Source: Octopus sinensis
Taxonomy: Eukaryota
Length of the DNA stretch: 64,000 nucleotides
Direction: 5' to 3'
Assembly: GCF_006345805.1 (NCBI RefSeq)
Contig: NC_043014.1
Location: 26,660,001 to 26,724,000, forward strand
Below, one piece after another: positions 14,700 to 28,389 of this stretch (position 1 is the stretch's first letter; the number at the start of each line of letters is the position of its first letter). The translations under genes and the position numbers were made by a program. Under the pieces are notes generated by a model. It was given only the letters and a program-made list of their open reading frames with translations, searched no databases and was not told the DNA's origin.

Positions 14700-15470
14700 A
14701 AGGCAGCGAGCTGGCAGAAACGTTAGCACGCCGGGCGAAATGCTTAGCGCTATTTCTTCTGCGGTTGCGTTCTGAGTTCAAATTCCGCCGAGGTCGACTT
14801 TGCCTTTCATCCTTTCGGGGTCGATAAATTAAGTACCAATTACGCACTGAAGTCGATATAATCGACTTAATCCGTTTGTCTGTCCTTGTTTGTCCTCTCT
14901 GCGTTTAGCCCCTTGTGGGTAGTAAAGAAATAGGTATTTCGTCTGCCGCTACGCTCTGAGTTCAAATTCCGCCGAGGTCGACTCTGCCTTTCATCCTTTC
15001 GGGGTCGATTAAATAAGTACCAGTTACGCACTGGGGTCGATACAATCGACTTAATCTGTTTGTCTGTCCTTGTTTGTCCTCTCTGTGTTTAGCCCCTTGT
15101 GGGTAGTAAAGAAATAGGTATTTCGCCTGTCTACTTTCTGATTTCAAATTCCGCCGAGGTCGACTTTGCCTTTCATCCTTTTGGGGGTCGATAAATTAAG
15201 TACCAATTACGTACAGGGGTCGATATAATCGACTGGACCCTCCCTATAAATTTCGGGCCTTGTGCCTAGAGTAGAAAAGAATATGAAAGTGTGTTGCAAA
15301 ATGCTTAGTAGCATTTCGACCGTCTGCACGTTCTGAGTTCAAATTCCATCGTGATCAGCTATGCCTTTCATTCGTTCGGGACCAATAAAATAAGTACCAG
15401 TTGAACACTGGGGTCGATGTAATCGACTTAGCCCCTCCCCTGAAGTTGCTGGGCTTGAAACCAATATTAA
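14700..15470 (+). mobile_element. tRNA-derived SINE family B with internal tandem ~183 bp units
   Basis: One head with A box (TGGCAGAAACG), then B-box-containing units starting at about 14771, 14955, 15137 and 15332. Confidence 0.85.
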
Positions 15471-15606
15471 AGTGTGTTACTTTGTATTTGTTTCATGAAC
15501 TCAGTAATGAAAAAATGTTAATTTTTAAATACAAATAATGCAGATCTGAGGAATTATGTACATTATTTACATTTGACGGATATTTGTCCTCATCTTGTTC
15601 GTTGTT

Positions 15607-15652
15607 AACACAATGTTTCGGCTGATATACCCTCCAGCCTTCATCAGGTGTC
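15607..15652 (-). ncRNA. Minimal type I hammerhead ribozyme (PLE pLTR); stem III carries a G-to-A change
   Basis: GACAC-CTGATGA-A-GGCTG(10 nt)CAGCC-GAAA-C-ATT-GTGTT; stem I GACAC/GTGTT. Confidence 0.75.
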
Positions 15653-15735
15653 TTGGGGAAATTTCGAACCTGGGTTCTCATTCCTGAGGTATTTTTCGAT
15701 GTTGTTGTTATTATTATTATTATTATTATTATTCA

Positions 15736-15807
15736 GGTCACTGCTGGAATCGAACTCGGAATCTTGGGGTTGGTAGTCCGCGCTCTTAACCACTACGCCA
15801 TATGCCC
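15736..15807 (-). promoter_or_regulatory. tRNA-derived Pol III internal promoter (not a functional tRNA)
   Basis: A box TGGCGTAGTGG and B box GTTCGATTCC at tRNA spacing; acceptor and T stems mismatched. Confidence 0.8.
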
Positions 15808-15836
15808 GTGGGTAATTGTGGAATGAATTTTAGGGC

Positions 15837-16271
15837 TTATAAATCTAATATTCTTCTATCCTTTCTTAATACCAGTTCCCATATGCTACTCATATCTGCA
15901 CTCGATCTGCTTAGGAATTTGTTGTGTCCTAACATATGTGCTACTTCTTTTAGTTTTCGTATTTTCCAGTGGTGTTCTCTGTCTATTATTTTAACTTCAT
16001 CCCACAGGGGGAGGTGGTCTCCATTTTTCCATATATGATCAGCTATATTCGATTTATCAATATCTCCTGGTGTCACAGCTTTGCGATGTTCGTCTATCCT
16101 TATTTTGAGGAGGCGACATGTTTCGCTTTTGTATAACCTACCACAGCTGCATGGGATGGAATACACACAGTCTTTGGTCATATTCTCTTCTATCGGTGGT
16201 TTTATTCGAAGGAGATATTTGCGAAGTGTTGTATTACTCTTGAATACTGTCCTGATGTTATATGACCGCAT
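15837..16271 (-). pseudogene. PLE GIY-YIG endonuclease domain
   Basis: CVYSIPCSCGRLYKSETCRLLKIRIDEHRKAV..IADHIW..KLKE; the YIG motif has decayed to YKS. Confidence 0.85.
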
Positions 16272-16469
16272 ATCTTTTGTATCTTTCGGAGAGGCCTTTC
16301 ACATAGGGTAAACAGACTGTGGACAGTTTATTGGCCTCATCCGCTCTCTTCTTCATAATTGAAGTGGATAGTATCCTTTTGGGGTAGTTGTTGCATAACA
16401 GATCGTTATGAACTTGATCATTTCTTCGTGGTGGGTATCACGATCGCTACTTATATTCTTTGCAGTCTA

Positions 16470-17040
16470 GTTTTAAAAAATTCTGAAATTCTTCCAGAGT
16501 GCGGTAAGATCCATCTAAATTGATAAAGTCACGAATCTGGCTAACACCTCTCTCAAACCACGCAGGAAAAAAGATTGCCTCTTTACCGATACTTAAGTGT
16601 TTAGATATGTAGTATGTATTCTAGATAAAGTAAGAAATCAACTTTGGTGTCGTTCTTGTAAATTGGTTCTGTTATGAATTCATCAAATCAATTAGGCTGT
16701 CTTATTTGTAAACTTGTCAAAGGCAGAAATACAGTCATGCCAAAAATCATTCCGGATAGTGTTAGCTAGTTTGCTCGGGAAAACGTTACCAAATACAGCT
16801 AAATTTTTCAGTTTAGTGGAGAAGGTATAGCATACGTGCTTCCATTTGGATTAATATTGAATGTCTAGCAACTTTCTCATCCAGGATAGCTTTAGAGAGC
16901 TGACGTAAGCAAAAGTTTCGACCATACCAAGTCCATCTTCTTTAACAGGCTTACAAGCAACAGCTCTCTCAATTTTATCAGGTTTTCCACTCCAGAGAAG
17001 GGTATCTTTTGTAAATATTTAAGGAATATTTTATAGACAG
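16470..17040 (-). mobile_element. L1/Tx1-like ORF2 C-terminal fragment
   Basis: Reads GLGMVETFAYVSSLKLSWMRKLLD and FFPAWFERGVSQIRDFINLDGSYRTLEEF, typical L1/Tx1 post-RT motifs. Confidence 0.65.
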
Positions 17041-18040
17041 TTGCGATAGAAATTTGTCAGATAAAATTAGGTATCATCTCGGTTTTGTTTTCTTTTTTCC
17101 ACCTATTATAGGGGTCATGGAGTTCTGATTTTCTTTTGTTTGCTTATCTTTTGGTACAGTGTTTTGCAGTATTTTGTTTAGTTACAACTATTCAACTTGT
17201 ATTTGTATTTACTTTCTACTTATCTTTAAATTTATTCCTAATATCATTGTTTTTAATCGCATTTTTATGACAGGAAGACATACATATACACATATACCAC
17301 ACACACACACACACACACACATACACACACACACGCATACACACTCACATATACATACATGCGCGCGCGTACAAGAATGGATGGATGGATGGATGGATAT
17401 CATTAAACTCTCGAATATTTATTGCAGATCATGCGGTTCAATGTTGTTAACAGACCATGAGGTTGCCCGATGAGTCCTTACTAAGTGTCGTCACTGTCCA
17501 AACCTTCAGAGTTCTGGCCTTCTGGGTCAAAGAAGTCACCGTTAGTCCATCATCGTCGTCGCTGCACTTTGTCTCTCCTCATAGTATGCATATATTGTTT
17601 TATTTCTTCTTACTCACCATAATCATCATCATCATCATCATCATCATCGTCATTGTCATCGTGTTTTCCTTATTTTCCATCATCATTTCAGTTTCTTCTT
17701 CCGATACCTTTTCTTCACATATTGAATTACATCCTGTGTTCAAATCACACCGAGGATGATTTTGCTTTTCATACTTATAAAAAAATATATAACAAAATAC
17801 CAGCAGTTACTGGTATCGAAATAATCGATTATATCCTGTCCCAAAATATACGATTGTGTGCTTATGCTAGAAACTATTATTACCTCTGTTATTTTGTTTG
17901 TTGCAGCCTCCTGTTTCAGAGTTACGCTTAAAACAATGGAAGAAATTCTAAGACACCATCGAAACTTTTTAAGAAAATGAAACATATTTGAGTTTTTCAC
18001 TTTAAACAACCTTAACTACGGAACGAAATCAAAGACATAA

Positions 18041-19092
18041 CACAAGCTAACAATTTTTTCTGTTGTCAAAAATTTAGACCTGAACTTGGGATCTTTTTTG
18101 ACAAATAGAATTCGAAAATGACATCCAATTATTACCATCAAGTCAAGATTTTATGGTACTGGAACCATAGGATTTAATTGTCTTCAACTGCAAGGCATAA
18201 CTTACAAACATACATAGAAATTGGTTTTTCTTCAAAACCAGAATGTTTTCTTAAAATTCTACTGAAAAGTAGTAAAACTCTTAAAATTTCAACAGATAAA
18301 TTACATTGTTTATGCCTGATTTCCCATCAATTCGGGTCTGGATGATTTTCTTGACTGCTGAAGATCACAAGCCAAGTTCCAGCAACATCCTACCATCATA
18401 TGCAAGGCCCAATTGCCTTGATATCTTTGTTCCATTCATTTTATGTTCTGGTGGAAACGTTCTCCTAACTCGTCACTTGTGTCACCAAGATTTTTCAGGG
18501 AAGCTTATCAGGGTGACTGTAGAGATAGTGCAGCTTTATGCTCATGTTTTCTCCCAACTTTAAATAATTATCCAGCATGCTGTTGACTATTTCAACATTA
18601 TTGGCTGTTTTTTGGCTGCCCAGAAAGTCATTCACAACTATTACAAATGAATTCCATAATACTGCTCCAATGCAGTTCATTGAATTTACGAAGTTCCCAT
18701 CTTACATCAATTTACTGAGTTGCGGCCCATCAAATACTCCAAATTTATCTTTTCGCTGCTCAGATATAGTGAATGTAAGGTCCATTCAGAGTTGGTCTGA
18801 TGAGTTAGTGTCAAAGTAATCCGGATCATATGTTGTTTCCTCTGACTCGGATAATACTTCCTGGTCATGAAGATTGTGAGGTTTTGTACAAAATTTCACA
18901 GGTAAACAATACACTTTTCTGAAAAATGAGGAAAATTGCGAAAATTGTGGGATTTGGGCATCTTGAAATCTAGACGTCGTGATAAAAAAAAAAAAAACAT
19001 GGATTCCATTTTAGGATTTATCATATCAAAGCACCCTTCAAATCAGTTAAAAACGTCTTGACAACAAAATGCCTCTGACAAGTAAATCTGTG
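18041..19092 (-). mobile_element. Chapaev-like (CMC superfamily) DNA transposon remnant
   Basis: Minus frames read GVFDGPQLSKLM and WNSFVIVVNDFLGSQK..LGENMSIKLHYLYSH; weak terminal inverted similarity with CAC...GTG ends. Confidence 0.55.
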
Positions 19093-19215
19093 GTACTGAA
19101 CAGAATATTTATTGTAGCCCATCTTGTATACCACGACAAAATATTTACATGATGGCACTTACAATCAGATAGGATCAGAAGGCATGAGAGTCGCTGTCTG
19201 GTATTGAACTAGGAC

Positions 19216-19217
<2 letters not shown>

Positions 19218-19300
<83 letters not shown>
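19218..19300. repeat. (ATT)n microsatellite
   Basis: Direct observation. Confidence 0.95.
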
Positions 19301-19303
<3 letters not shown>

Positions 19304-19870
19304 TAGTTTTATTTTTATAGCGTGCTTTCACTTCACTACCGAGCACAGCTCTGTGTGCCTTGGGTATGTGCTGTGATTTGTTGTGATGCTCTGATGGTTA
19401 TTGTATGGAAAGTGTTCTGCGTAGGATGTGTGCAGTGCCTAGTAGTGCAATTTTCTGTATGTTATATGTGTTTGTAAGTCCTGGTGTTTTTGTTATGTAT
19501 TTGTCTGAATATTTTTTTATCATGCCTAATGCACCTACTATGATAGGAATTGTTTCTGTTTTCAGATTCCACATTCTAGTTACCTCTATTTCCAGGTCTT
19601 TGTATTTTGAGAGTTTCTCCATTTCTTTTAGAGACACGTTGTCATCAGCCGGTATTGATACATGAATTAGAAAGCATTTTTTTCTTCATGATCTCTGACA
19701 ACTATATCTGGTATGTTGGCCTTAATTTCTCTATCTGTGTGTATCGGCATATCCCAGAGTATGGTTGCTTTCTCGTTTTCTGTGACCTTTTCTGGTGTGT
19801 GCCTATACCATCTTTTTTCTGTTGTTATTCCATAATGTTGGCATAGCTTCCAATGTATGTAGGTTCCAAC
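19301..19870 (-). mobile_element. 5'-truncated Dong/R4-type LINE (RLE domain and 3' UTR) embedded in (TAA)n
   Basis: ANIPDIVV..KEMEKLSKYKDLEIEVTRMW..GALG..QKIALLGTAHILRR*; (TAA)n on both sides. Confidence 0.85.
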
Positions 19871-19934
<64 letters not shown>

Positions 19935-20005
19935 TATTATTATTAATATTATTATTATTATATTATTATTATTATTATTATTATCATTATTATTATTATT
20001 ATTAT

Positions 20006-21125
20006 ATGTTTGACTTTTTCTTCATCTTTGTACAAGTTGGCTCCAAGTCTCACCCACAGATCTCAAGAGACAACAAGTTAGACGTTCAAGTTGGTGTTAT
20101 ACCTACGGTGCCATGTATTTGGTTTTGCACATAGTATTAATCTAGAGAATGTCTAAGAAAACATAAGAAAATTATAAATTTGTTTTAAACTTTGAGATTA
20201 CATAAACAGTATTTTATGTAAGATATGGGCAGTTGCTATGAGCACTATCTTTTGAATTTCTGTCATATTGGAGTTTCCTGGTATCTGAGATAGGTAGCAA
20301 TCAACCTCTTTTGCTATCATTCCTAGGGCACCTATGACAGCAGGTATTGTTTTAGTCTTCAGGTTCCACATTTTGCCAACTTCTATTTCAAGATCTTTTT
20401 TGGTAGGTCTTGACAGATACATTTATATCGATTGGGACAATCATATCAAAAAGGAGGCATGATTTTTGTCTGAAGTCTTTCAATATAATGTCTGGCCTAT
20501 TCGCATCTATCTTTCTGTCAGTGTTCCCACCAGTTACTATCATGGGGCAGATCCAGGTGTTTGCAAATTACCCAGTGGATATGCTGCTCTATCATGCCTG
20601 TTGAGATACTCTGTAGGCGCAAGAAGACTGCACATGGAGACATCATAATCAATGGTTTCATTTTGTTGTTGACATCAATGGTTTCATTTTGTTGGGCTAC
20701 TGCCGTTCTACAATATGTTGGCTTGGTAGATCCTTGTAGGAAGGCATTGGTCTTGGGTTACTATGATAAATACTTCTACTTCTGATTTCAAGCCAGAAGA
20801 CACTAACTATTGATGGGTAAGGGCTTCGTCAACATCGGCATTATTAGCTCTCATTGGATATTTGCCATCGAGTGGTTTTTCTTGCCATTTATTAGTAAGA
20901 ATATCAAAGGCAACAGTTTTCATACGCTTAGCATTTTTGTGCTTGTTTCCACTACGTCTAATTCTGGGATTTATTGTATTTGGAATTTACTTAGATATCA
21001 TTTTGCTTGTTTTGTTACTGAGTATGATGCTTTCTTATTTTCGTGCTTTAAGACAAGTTTTAACATCTTGCTATCAGAGATTTACAGGTAGGTATTTAGG
21101 TCAATTGTAGCAATCTTCATTGTTA
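20006..21125 (-). mobile_element. Second, older Dong/R4-type LINE 3' fragment
   Basis: KDLEIEVGKMWNLK..GALG..QKIVLIATAHILHK; flanked by (ATT)n. Confidence 0.8.
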
Positions 21126-21142
21126 ATTCATTATTATTATTA

Positions 21143-21322
21143 AGACGGTGATCTGGCAGAATTGTTAGCGGTATTTCGTCTGCCTCTTTGTTCCAGGTTC
21201 AAATTCCGCCGGAGTCGACTTTCCCTTTAATCCTTTAAAATAAGTATCACTGAAACACTGGGGTCGATGTAATCGACTATACCCCTCCCCAAAATGACTG
21301 TCCTTGTGGCAAAATTTGAAAC
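21143..21322 (+). mobile_element. SINE family B, single unit followed by (ATT)n
   Basis: TGGCAGAATTG head, GTTCAAATTCC B box, family tail. Confidence 0.75.
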
Positions 21323-21328
21323 CATTAC

Positions 21329-21444
<116 letters not shown>

Positions 21445-24400
21445 TTGCTGCAGAGTACATGGGAGGTGTCTTCAAACGCTCATGTAAGTTCAGTTTAAAA
21501 CATTTGTTTACACCATTTTGGTGCTGTTGTTTCGTTTTACATTTTATTCCAAGTTGTTTATGGAAACACCAGAAATCTGTCGCTGGTTTTTCCGAGTTTG
21601 TTTGGCCCCTCGTAGGGCCATATTCAGCCCTCCAAATAAGTTCAGTGGGTTTAATCAAATACAATTCAACAAGATGGCGGAGCGCATCTTGAAAGAGTTA
21701 AGGAAAAAATCTTCCCCTCCCGCAACGCTAGTGACTGCTGAAGATTTCCCTCCTCTTCCCTCTGTTACTGGCAACAATGCTGTTGAGGGAATGCTGGAGA
21801 GAAAAAAGTGAGGGTGTAAAAGTATTAAGTCCACTCCGTGCTAACAGCAGTGGCAAAATCGACAACAGCAGTGGTAGCAGTAACAGCGGCGGCGGCGGCA
21901 GCAGTGATAGTAGCGGTGGCGGAGGTGACGGCGGCGGCAGCAGTTGTAGTAGTGGTAACAACAACAATGCGAAAAACAACAGCAACAGCAGCAGCAGTGA
22001 TCGCAGAGACAGTAGTAGCAGAGATTGCGGTTTTGTTAATAACACAACGGATTTTAGCAGGGAAAATAATGCTAACATTGACGGCAGAGAAGTGGAAAAT
22101 AGGAATGACTGGGAGTGGCAACAGTAGAAGTAGCTACAACTCCACTATCACTATCAACAGCAACAGCAACATCAGCTGTTACAACAACAACCACAACAAG
22201 AGCAACGTCGACGACGACAAAAACAATAACAGGTTTGCTGAGGTAGCAAACACAAAGAGAGAAATGTTTCCCATCCTACTCGATGACAAAGCTCGTGAAC
22301 TCTTGAAAGCGAAAGATATCATTGAATTGGAGTGGGGTAAGGTTACAGTGCTCCTGCCTCCCGAAATAATAGAGGCAAAAGAGAATATGACAGTATGTTT
22401 CAGATGCGTTTCACGAAAATGTCGAAGAGATGAAATAGCCTCCATCAGTCATGTTGAGAAGGTCCTCAGAGAAATGTTAATACATGTAGCCCATATACAG
22501 GGAGGGAGGCAGTTTGCCAACATTGAAGTCATCTTTAAAAGTAAGGACCTCGCGCGAAGTCACGCAGTATCATTCCGGTGGACTGAGGAGTAGTTCCTGT
22601 ATTCCACCCACCTCTCAAAGAGAACGATCAGAATTAGCGTGCCACCGGGCGTAAATATCTGTCGTCTGCGGTTCAGGACCCAGAGTCACTTCTGGGGGTA
22701 AAAACGAGCAGCAAGGAGAACTGGTGTGAGATCAACTTGGAAATATTAATCCATGTGAAACCAGAAAACATCTAGAAGTTCCCGGACCTGATCCAGTTGC
22801 TGAATGGGGTGGAACTGCGTGTCGTCGTGGAAGGCAGGAAGCCCAGATACGACATCTGTATGGCCACAAGCCGTCTGAGAGCTTTCTGTCCAAAAATGTT
22901 GGGAGGTATACGACCACACTTGCAGCCTACATCGCACCCCCAACAACAGCAACAGCAACAACAGAGACCTTTTAATAAAACGGTAGCCTCATCTCTAACA
23001 ACAATATCAGAGGCAATAGAATGGGTAAAACCACCCTGAGTATCTGTCAAACCAGCCCCCTCACCCTCTCTCCCTAGCATACACTCACACCAACACTCTC
23101 ACACTACCACAGACACACTCACACTCCCCGACATAGATCCTATAAACACTAGTCCTTCCTCATCCCGTAGTGGATATGAGCAAAAAACGTAAAAGACAAA
23201 GGAAAAAGTAGACGAAATTACATCAACACCTGAAAACAGAAACCCCCAGTACATCGAACATGGACACGGCACAAACAACACCAGTACCACATCTTCACAA
23301 CTATCACAACCCCAACCAAATCCATCAATGCACTCACAACCACATGTAGCCCAAAAAAGAAAGCTCACAGTCACCAATACGAAAACACCGAATTGTGCTC
23401 GTGAGGAGAACCAACAAAAATGTGTTGGCTCTCATAGCCAGAAACAAGGAAATTGAGAGAGAGAGTGCAATTTACAACACCAGCACCCTTAGGGTTTCGG
23501 ATCGCTTAATACCAATTCGGCTACCCCTCAAAGCATACAAAGAAATTCAGAGGGATTTCCCGCATCATGTGGGAAGGCCAAACGTCCGCACCACGAAGCG
23601 GCTTTTAGCCGGTTTCCCCGAACTAGATCTGGAGTTCGCTCTTTCTTTCTTTTCCTCAACACTTTCGAGCCGCCGTGGTGATTGTCAGAGTGGGATGCAT
23701 AAATGTTCGCGGCCTGCAAAACAAGGTCGCTTGCTCAATGACCTGAGGTCGCTAGGTTTGGATGTGATAGCAGCCAGTGAGACCAGGATTTCCAACACAC
23801 GCGATCTTGCACCCAGTTTCGACGATTATGAGATCTACACATCTCTTAGTGGGTCAGGAGTGAGAGGCGAGGTGGCAGTGTTGTTTAAGAAAGGCCTGGA
23901 TCTCGAAGTTCGGACGATCTTCCTGGACCCAGAGAATAAGTTGGTGGTCTTGGGCGTGAGCGACAGTGAAGGTGGTGCCTTTAGACTAGTCACTGTTTAC
24001 GCCCCCACGGAGGCGGGGCAATCAGATAGCTTCAGACGTTTGGAGGTTTTCCTTGGGATGCCATGCCTTTTAATCTTAGTGAGTGACTGGAACGATAGCT
24101 TGGATGCACGCCTGGATAGGGTGGGGCTTGTTGATAGGAGAGTGGGGAGTAAAAGCCTCACAAACCTGGTCAGCTGCTTCTATTTGGCTGATAAGTACCG
24201 ACTGGACTTCCTGAATGCCCAGAGTGGACATGGGCGAGCCGCATCGGGTCTTTCAGACCGTATCCAGATAGAACATTTTGTATTCCTGTAGACAGAAGTA
24301 ATATATTGTCCACGTTTCAAAGTCGTCGGCTACACGGACCACAAGTTTGTGATCTGTATGGTCGACATAGGTAGGATCTATAGACAGGGCCCCGGATATG

Positions 24401-27186
24401 GAAGCTAAAGGCATCCTTACGGGCGCGCCAAACTTTCAGGTTAGTAAGTTAGTCCATCGAAAGTTGGCGTATACGATCGTCAACAGCCATTGTTTGATAG
24501 CCCTGAAAAGGGCTATTAGAGTAGAGGCGGTAGGTTTTAGTATGGAAATAGCATTAGAGGAATCTAGGATAGAGAGAGACCTAGTTAGGAAGCTGGAAGT
24601 AGCGCTTAGGAAAGACATGCTAGCGGTGAGATTGGCTCTTAGTCAATTCTTCAATGCCAAGCACGAAGGTTGCGTTCACTGAGAGGCGCGTGCACTGAGA
24701 GGGGAGTGGACGAAAGTTATTCGATTGGTCCGGGTGGCAGAGGCGCTTCGTGGAGACAAAGCAACAATTCGGTTTTTGGCGAGCTGTGATGGGCGCATGA
24801 TAACTGAGTCCAAGCAGATGAATGCAAAATTTCAGCAGTACTTCGCCAAACTGTATGAGGGCGCGGTGGTTCTGGGACGGTGGTGGATTTCACCTCATAT
24901 CTGAGTGGCATGCCGCACCTCTCGGTCAGGGATACGGAGTTCTGCGAAATGCTGATAGCAGCCAAAGATATAAGAGAATCCATAAAGGCCTACGCAAGAG
25001 AAGTCTCCGGGGCGGGATGGTCTGCTCTTCGAGCTTTATTTTCATATGCCAGACTTGTTTGGTGGTCTGCTGGCAGACGTCTGCCACTGGCAGCAGAACG
25101 GGAGAATTTCCAGTGTTGTGAGACGTGGATTGGTGGTGGTGAGGAAGTAGGAAGAAGCCTAACTAGGGGGACAGAATTGAAAACTTAAGGCCTATAACTC
25201 TGTTGAATGCAGATTATAAGATGTTTGCCTAGGTATTAGCCAATAGGTTGGCACTTGTCGTCGACAAGTTGGTTGGTGACGTGCTGATATGCACTATCTG
25301 AGAACATCAACCTCCACTTTACGTGCTGCATGATAGAGAGAGTTGGTAAGGAGCCTGGCATGGGTGGGGCCCTGATCAATTTGTATCAGTCGAAAGTTTT
25401 TGATAAGGTCTATCACCAATACTTAGAGGCTTCACTCGCAGCAGTGAGTTTCGGTCCTGTTTTCAGAGTCTGGATCGGTGCAATGTACAGCGGCATCTGT
25501 TCGGTGGCCAAAGTAAATGGCCGCCTTTCGGAATCGTTTAGCATCGCTCGTTCGGTCCGTCAAGGATGCCCACTGTCGCCTCTTCTGCACGTACTGGCTC
25601 TCGAGCCATTGCTGCGGAAACTGAATATTTCGAGGGACATCTCGCGTGATCTAGGATGCAGAAGGTTCGTGTCGGCTTACGCAGACGTCACTGAAATAGT
25701 GTCGGACGTTTCGGAAATAGAGGTGGTCGGCACTGCTCTAAGGGAGTACGAACCGGTGACAGGAGCAAAGATCACCTAGGAGAAGTCGATGGGCCTGCAG
25801 CTCGACACCTGAAGAGACAGGTCCATGCCAACCGACAGCGTTGTAGAGCGCTGGGCAGGAGGACCGGTTAAATTGCTCGGGGTCCGATTTGGTCCGGATC
25901 TCCAAGTGGACAAGAACTGGGGTAGGTAACGAGCAGGGTAGCCAATGTCACCCAGAAATGAGCAGAGAGGAAGCTGTCCCTGAAGGGTGGAGTGGAGGTG
26001 GCGACGCGTACATCGCTTCCGTCATCTACTTCTACCTGACTGTCGTCCCTTGATAAAGTTGGTGCGCTTGCACTACCACTTCCTATGGAAGGGACGTGTC
26101 AACAGCCGTTGAGTGGAAGACTGGGCATGCATGCCGTGGCTAGTGATGCGCAGAAATGAGCTGAAGCTGAAACGTCTCCAACTTTTCCTTAACGGTAAAC
26201 AGGTGTGGTCGCCGTTCGTCAAAAGGGACTTACCGCAACTCGTCTCATTGATGGAGCTACACTCCTTGTTCAAGCGCAGACCAAGAAAGGGCGCTAAGCA
26301 CCTGGAGTATCGGCAAGCGCTCACGGCCTTCTTCCAATCGAGCTACGCGGTTGGTGGAAGTTCCACTATGGAATTCTATAGAGGATTAGTGGGGGAAAAG
26401 AGTGACGACGTACGCGGGGAAACACTGGGTGTCAAGCGGGATCAACTAACTAGTCTTTTTCGGAGAACTTTTAGGCCAGGGCCTATGGATAACTTCCAGA
26501 AATACCAGACACAGAAGTGTTGTCAGACAGACCTGTCCGAGGTGTGCACAAGGCAATGAAACCGTCCTGCATGCACTCGTCCAGGGTCTGTGCATTATTG
26601 ACCTGTGGAGCTTTGTCGAACAGCTGTTATCATGCGTAGAACGGATGCGGTTATCAGTCGAGTCAGTTGTAAGGATCACCCCGCCGTCTTCTGTTGGTCG
26701 GGAAGGAAAGGCAATATTCCTCTGCTTGGTGGCTGTAGTGAAAGAGATAGTATGGTGGACGAGGTTGAAAGTACTGAAGACAGACACTTTCTTCCTCGGC
26801 TGAGCCCTCATCGACTTTTTGAAAAGGAAAATGGGGGTAGAGGGAAAAGTACTGCCTGCCCGCCACCCAGTAAGTTTGTTGAAAGGTAGGGGAATGTTGC
26901 GAAAGTGGCTCGTGTGAGTGGGCCTACTCTGTATATTCGTCTGTAATCCGGAGCAGTTGAGTGTAAGAGAGGTGCCCTAGGCAGTCGGGATGGCCAGAGT
27001 GTGTGGAGTTTCCTGGTTAGCCCTGGGTGGACTCACTCCTATTGGAGAATTTCGTTACTTAAAGTTTTGTTTTTTGTTTTTTTGTTTTTTTGCTTATATT
27101 TCTGTTTTAAACCCCACTTGTCCCTTGTTTTGTATGGTCCTGAATTAATTGTTTTTGTGTTCGGCCCTTGTGGTCAATAAAGAAAG
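21445..27186 (+). mobile_element. Near full-length degenerate Tx1-clade L1 retrotransposon (ORF1, APE-RT ORF2, 3' UTR)
   Basis: ORF1 from ATG 21674 with a Ser/Gly/Asn tract and decayed knuckle (RKPRYDICMATSRLRAFCPK). APE from about 23670 (GCINVRG, ASETR, VYAP, DWN). RT at 25160-25780 (RQGCPLSPLL, AYADV). 3' end GGTCAATAAAAGAAAG. Many stops and frameshifts. Confidence 0.9.
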
Positions 27187-27225
27187 AATTATTATTATTG
27201 TTGTTTTTGTTGTTGTTGTTGTTTT

Positions 27226-27620
27226 CAAGGCGGCGAGCTGGCAGAAATGTTAGCACGCCGGGCAAAATGCTTAGCGGTATTTCGTCTGCCGTTATGTTCT
27301 GAGTTCAAATTCCGCCGAGGTCGACTTTGCCTTTCATCCTTTCGGGGTCGATTAAATAAGTACCAGTTACGCACTGGGGTCGATATAATCGACTTAATCC
27401 GTTTGTCCGTTCTTGTTTGTCCTCTCTGCGTTTAGCCCCTTGTGGGTAGTAAAGAAATAGGCATTTCGTCTGTCTTTACGTTCTGAGTTCAAATTCAACC
27501 GAGGTCGACTTTGCCTTTCATCCTTTCGGGGTCGATAATTTAATAACCAATGAAACACTGGAGTCGATGTAATCGGCTTAGCCCTTCCCCAAAAGTTTCA
27601 GGCTTTGTGCCTTTAGTAGA
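27226..27620 (+). mobile_element. SINE family B, head plus two tandem units
   Basis: Highly similar to 14700-15240. Confidence 0.85.
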
Positions 27621-28389
27621 ATGGATTACTGTTATTAGTATACATCAGTCGACGCACGTTCACATCGCTCTGTAAGTTTTGCTGTTATTCATATTGTTAT
27701 GCACTGTTATACATTGTACATTTGTTATCGTTACTGAGTAAAACTGACCGGGACCTTGGGAAGCTGGCTGGTTCTTCTCCATTTGTAACCCTTAGAGGGT
27801 ATTTTATGCTTGTTTGGGCAAAGACGCCCCTCATCTGTTTTTTTTTTCTTTTTTTGCTAAAAAACAAAGATGGTGACAGCATTTTGAATAACAGCACACG
27901 TGAGGCCTATTAAAGCAATTTTTCCCTTGCTTCTACCTTCCCCTTCACCATCGCAGAAATAAAAGAAAATTACCAAAAGTGACAACACAAGCGAGAACAT
28001 TGCCACCGCCACAGCCACCGCCGATTTCAGCAGAACGTCCACCACCAACAACATTAACGAAAAAGACAAGGAAAACGAGGCATGCAAATCCTGTCGAAGA
28101 AGTTTCGATTTTGTGAAAGCGATCAGAGACGTGAGTAAGACATTTTCATTGAGTAAAATGGAGAAATGTGGCAGAAATGTAGTACTAAACGTTCCTAGAA
28201 CTGTCCAGCAAGATATTGATTCGCGGACAGTTTTATATAAAACAATCGGACCCAAAAGTAGAGAAATGGATCAGGCAATATAGCAGCAAATAGAGAAATG
28301 CTTAAAACAAGAGTTCTATATTTAAGAGATGGGGAATTATGTACATTATTTACATTTCACGGATATTTGTGCTCATCTTGCTTGTTGTT

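Larger units (their letters stand above)
15540..16460 (-). mobile_element. 5'-truncated Penelope-like element: thumb remnant, GIY-YIG, and pLTR carrying a tRNA-like head, (AAT)n and a hammerhead
   Basis: GIY-YIG ORF at 15837-16271; the downstream region matches 28312-28633. Confidence 0.85.
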
